From Patescibacteria group bacterium (GTDB lineage: Bacteria > Patescibacteriota > Patescibacteriia > UBA10025 > JAHIVO01), in NCBI GenBank assembly GCA_049325535.1, contig JBMOKY010000001.1, positions 1,008,048 through 1,072,047 of the forward strand: a stretch of DNA of 64,000 nt. Direction: 5' to 3'. The notes beneath the pieces were generated by a model, which did no database searches, was not told the DNA's origin, and saw only the letters and a list, made by a program, of their open reading frames with translations. Shown here in pieces: positions 60,690 through 64,000 of this stretch; the stretch's first letter is position 1, and every line of letters starts with the position of its first letter. Both the position numbers and the translations under genes were made by a program.

Positions 60690-61697
60690 TCACTGCGCTT
60701 CGGGAACAGTGTCGAACATGCCGTCAATCTCGTGGATCGACGCGTCGGTATGGTTCCGCCAGATGGCCTCGCCAAACAGCTCCCCGACTGACACCACGGT
60801 GATGAGGTCTCCGGGTATGCTCCCCTCCGGATGCATCACCGTATCAGTGATGAACAGTCGTTTGATTTTCGACGCCCGGATGTTCTCGATGGCCTTCCCC
60901 GCCAGAATACCATGAGTGATAAAGGCATGCTGATCTTCCGCGCCGAGTTCGGCAGCCTTGAGCGAGACCGCTTTGAGCGATCCGGCAGTATCAGCGATAT
61001 CATCGAAGATGAATACCACTTTACCCTCGACATCGCCCAGGATGCCATTCACGACCACCACGTCAGCGAGCGTCCGCTTCTTGTCCCCGACCGCGTATGT
61101 CGGAGCCTTCGTCCGCTTGCGGTAATGCGCGGCGATGGCTGCCGAACCGACGTCCGGTGCCAGCGGCACTACGTTCGAATAGTCACCGTGGACGATGGCA
61201 TCACCCTCCCGTCTGAACAAAGCCGTCGGGTACACCACGTCACACGGAATGCGGTAGACACTGTGGATTTGTTTGAAATGCGGATGCATCACCATCACAT
61301 GCCGATAGGGGCACGCCACCATCGCATCCTCAATCTGCTGCGCGTACAACGATGCGGCGACATCCACCCGCGGCTCGTCCTTCGTGTCCTGACGCAAGCC
61401 GTCGTGATACGGGATGACTGCCGTGATGCGCCGGGCTGAAGCCAGCGCCGCCGCCTGCAGAATCTTCAGCAGCGTCATATGGTTGATGTCCGGCGGATTC
61501 GTCGGCTGGAGCACGTACACGTCCCTGCCGCGGACATTGCGAGTGATCTGCACCTTGCGGTGGCCATCGGCATAGTCCGTATTCTTGCACCGGATCACCG
61601 AGAAATTATAATTTCCCGACAGCTCCCGAATCCTGCGTTCTGCTCCCTGCACCAGTGTTTCGGCGCATGCCGGTCCTGCGATTACAGCTAATTCCAT
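60690..61697 (-). CDS. prs: Ribose-phosphate pyrophosphokinase (divergent)
   Basis: NVRGRDV..LQ, PY...RQD, PDVG, DDIADTAGS, THG, TDT. Confidence 0.85.
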   Translation of the reverse strand: MELAVIAGPACAETLVQGAERRIRELSGNYNFSVIRCKNTDYADGHRKVQITRNVRGRDVYVLQPTNPPDINHMTLLKILQAAALASARRITAVIPYHDGLRQDTKDEPRVDVAASLYAQQIEDAMVACPYRHVMVMHPHFKQIHSVYRIPCDVVYPTALFRREGDAIVHGDYSNVVPLAPDVGSAAIAAHYRKRTKAPTYAVGDKKRTLADVVVVNGILGDVEGKVVFIFDDIADTAGSLKAVSLKAAELGAEDQHAFITHGILAGKAIENIRASKIKRLFITDTVMHPEGSIPGDLITVVSVGELFGEAIWRNHTDASIHEIDGMFDTVPEAQ

Positions 61698-61861
61698 GAG
61701 ATACCTCCTCGGGGTTTGACCTCGTTATTTCTATATCAATGAACCGATATGATTTTTCTGGGAAAAACAAAGAGTTTTCCATCTTACCGTCACCCCGCAC
61801 CGATTGTCAAACTGCTTGCACATTTGCTGTGGGTCACTATAATGGGTAGAATTACACCTGT

Positions 61862-61948
61862 GCTGGAGTGGCGGAATTGGCATACGCGCTAGCCTTAGGA
61901 GCTAGTGCCCGCAAGGGCTTGAGAGTTCAAATCTCTCCTCCAGCACCA
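61862..61948 (+). tRNA. tRNA-Leu(TAG) with encoded CCA
   Basis: GCTGGAGTGGCGGAATTGGCATACGCGCTAGCCTTAGGAGCTAG...GTTCAAATC...CTCCAGCACCA, long variable arm. Confidence 0.95.
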
Positions 61949-62005
61949 ATAAAAAACACCCATCCAGATACCCCGGACGGGTGTGGTACAGCACGCAAAA
62001 AGCGA

Positions 62006-63040
62006 TTACTCGGCGATACGCCAGATGAGCGTTTCGCCGGCGCACAAAGGGCGGACGGTCACTGCGCCGAATTCCAGCATCGGCCGCACGATCCAGGGTT
62101 GCCGGACCAGCGTGACGGTATCGGCATTCCGCGGTACGCCGTAAAAATCCGCACCGTGAAAACTGGCAAACCCTTCCAGCCTGTCGAGCATACCTGCCGC
62201 CTCAAACACTTCGGCGTACAATTCCAGCGCACATGGCGCGGAATAGCAGCCAGCGCAACCGCAGGTGGACTCTTTTGCCTGGAGCGGATGCGGCGCGGAA
62301 TCAGTGCCGAGAAAAAACTTCGGCGAGCCCGACGTCGCCGCCGCGAGCACTGCCTGCCGATGCGGTATGGCACGCTTCAGTACCGGACGACAGAACAGGT
62401 GCGGACGGATGCCGCCGTCAAATAAATCGGCGCGGCTGTAGCGCAGATGGTGGGCGGTGATCGTCGCTGCCACGCGAGGCGAGGCAGACTGGACGAAATC
62501 AACCGCTTCCGCGGTAGTCACATGCTCCAGGACAATTTTCAGCCCCGGAAATGATTTGACCAGCGAGGTGAGCGTTTCGTCCACAAACAACCGTTCAGCG
62601 TCGAAGGGGTCGGCCGGAGCCGTGGCTTCGCCGTGAATCGAAAGCACCAAACCGACACGTTCCATCTCCGCCAAAACCGGATACAGCCGCGACAGATCGG
62701 TCACGCCCGAAACGGAATTGGTGGTAGCTCCGCGCGGATACAACTTCACGGCGTGGACAATGCCAGATTCTTTTGCCCGCCAAACCTCTTCGACGGGTGT
62801 ATCATCGGTGAGATACAGCGTCATCAACGGTTCAAACGCTACCAGCGGACTGGCACTGATGATCTCCTGCCGATACTGGAGCGCCTGAGCCACGGTGGTG
62901 ACCGGCGGTGTCAGATTGGGCATGACGAGCGCCCGGCCAAAACAGCGGGCGGTATGATGCACCACGTCGAGTAGCGCGTCTCCCTGGCGGAAGTGGACAT
63001 GCCAATCGTCCGGGCGGGTCATCGTCAATGATTGAGCCAT
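62006..63040 (-). CDS. pyrC: Dihydroorotase (homodimeric, E. coli type)
   Basis: PDDWHVHFR, MPNL, KLYP.GATTNS, LEH, GTDSAPH, CGCAG. Confidence 0.93.
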   Translation of the reverse strand: MAQSLTMTRPDDWHVHFRQGDALLDVVHHTARCFGRALVMPNLTPPVTTVAQALQYRQEIISASPLVAFEPLMTLYLTDDTPVEEVWRAKESGIVHAVKLYPRGATTNSVSGVTDLSRLYPVLAEMERVGLVLSIHGEATAPADPFDAERLFVDETLTSLVKSFPGLKIVLEHVTTAEAVDFVQSASPRVAATITAHHLRYSRADLFDGGIRPHLFCRPVLKRAIPHRQAVLAAATSGSPKFFLGTDSAPHPLQAKESTCGCAGCYSAPCALELYAEVFEAAGMLDRLEGFASFHGADFYGVPRNADTVTLVRQPWIVRPMLEFGAVTVRPLCAGETLIWRIAE

Positions 63041-63189
63041 GCGATCCATCCTTTCTTGGGGAATATGTTGGAGTCAATGAGCTTTCCGGTCGTTGTACCA
63101 TAGTCTCAGCCGATTGGCAATCGCGTCCGTCATGCTCCTCTCACGCCTTTTATCCGGTGGCGTTCCGTAGTATACTTCATGGTATCTAT

Positions 63190-63912
63190 ATGCCTGAATA
63201 CTCAGCCAAACTTATCTCCAAACGTACCATCGCCCGTGAAACGTGCGAATTCGTCTTCACCAAACCCGCTGGATTTGATTTCCGGCCGGGACAATTCATG
63301 ACCCTCATCCTGCCTGATCTCGACCCGAAAGTAGCCAAAGGCAATCGGCGCAGCATGTCCATCGCCTCAGCGCCGACTGACGACCTGGTCTCCTTCGGTA
63401 TGCGCATGGGCACCTCGGCATTCAAACAGCGCATCGACAAACTGAATATCGGCGAACAGATCCAAATGATGGGCCCGTTTGGCCGATTTATCATGCCGGA
63501 TGACCAGTCAATCCCACTGGTTTTTTTGGCGGGTGGCATCGGCATCACCCCATTCCTCAGTATGATTACCTATTGTGCCGCTACCAAATCACCACGAGAA
63601 CTGTTCTTACTCTATAGCAACAGCTGCATCTCAAACGCATCCTACCTGCCTGAATTAGAATCGCTGCAGAACCGTCACCCCCACCTGCACTATGTGCCGA
63701 CCATGACCGATCAGGAGCATCTCGAACACGAGTGGGTCGGACAGACCGGTTTTATCACCGCAGACATGATTAAACAGTCGGTGTCTGATTACATGCGACC
63801 ACTCTATATGATTGTCGGCCCGCCGGGTATGGTCGAGGCGATGGTCGCCCTGCTCAAGGAAATGGGGCTGCCGGAAAAACAAATCATGATCGAAAAATTC
63901 ACCGGCTACTAA
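63190..63912 (+). CDS. FNR-family FAD/NAD(P)H oxidoreductase
   Basis: F.PGQF, RSMSIAS, GPFG, AGGIGITPF, GPPGMV, EKF.GY. Confidence 0.88.
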   Translation: MPEYSAKLISKRTIARETCEFVFTKPAGFDFRPGQFMTLILPDLDPKVAKGNRRSMSIASAPTDDLVSFGMRMGTSAFKQRIDKLNIGEQIQMMGPFGRFIMPDDQSIPLVFLAGGIGITPFLSMITYCAATKSPRELFLLYSNSCISNASYLPELESLQNRHPHLHYVPTMTDQEHLEHEWVGQTGFITADMIKQSVSDYMRPLYMIVGPPGMVEAMVALLKEMGLPEKQIMIEKFTGY

Positions 63913-64000
63913 TCAGCCTCTGGTGGATTATCTGCCCATACGCCATTCGCGGATGAACTGGCTCGATTTTGATTTGACAGACGCCGGTGCGATGGCTAAG

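Noticed and set aside
61862-61948. tRNA-Leu as prophage attachment site or as Elp3 substrate
   Set aside because: No integrase or duplicated 3' end seen; a U34 anticodon alone does not show it is modified by Elp3
63190-63912. PyrK assignment because of proximity to pyrC
   Set aside because: No C-terminal [2Fe-2S] cysteine motif; generic FNR-like protein, divergently transcribed
1-64000. CRISPR array, transposase, rRNA, alternative genetic code
   Set aside because: None seen; conserved genes are full-length in code 11 and several end in TGA

Overview
Chromosomal segment of a bacterium using genetic code 11. Gene content and style suggest Patescibacteria/CPR (inference: rpoBC without adjacent rplJL, lamin-tail surface protein, four-helix-bundle protein, many SD-less starts). 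It carries housekeeping genes (glyA fragment, recA, ftsK, rpoB, rpoC, murE, murI, metK with SAM-I riboswitch, ispH, ruvA, malQ, uvrB, rpsT, holA, polA, ssb, tRNA-Arg(CCG), tRNA-Leu(TAG)) interspersed with accessory genes. The best candidate for a new system is an Elp3 tRNA U34 acetyltransferase head-to-head (4 bp apart) with a Trm9/ALKBH8-like methyltransferase, i.e. a possible eukaryote/archaea-type mcm5U34 pathway in a bacterium. Other notable items are a trpB2/yerC divergon with an operator palindrome and two candidate leader-peptide attenuators; a small peptide + Cys-substituted radical SAM + zinc-finger cluster; a nucleotidyltransferase-VanX fusion; three orphan promoter-plus-hairpin candidate ncRNAs; and a mosaic lipoprotein/membrane-protein island. 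No CRISPR array, integrase or transposase was seen. All calls are by eye from motifs; no searches were run.
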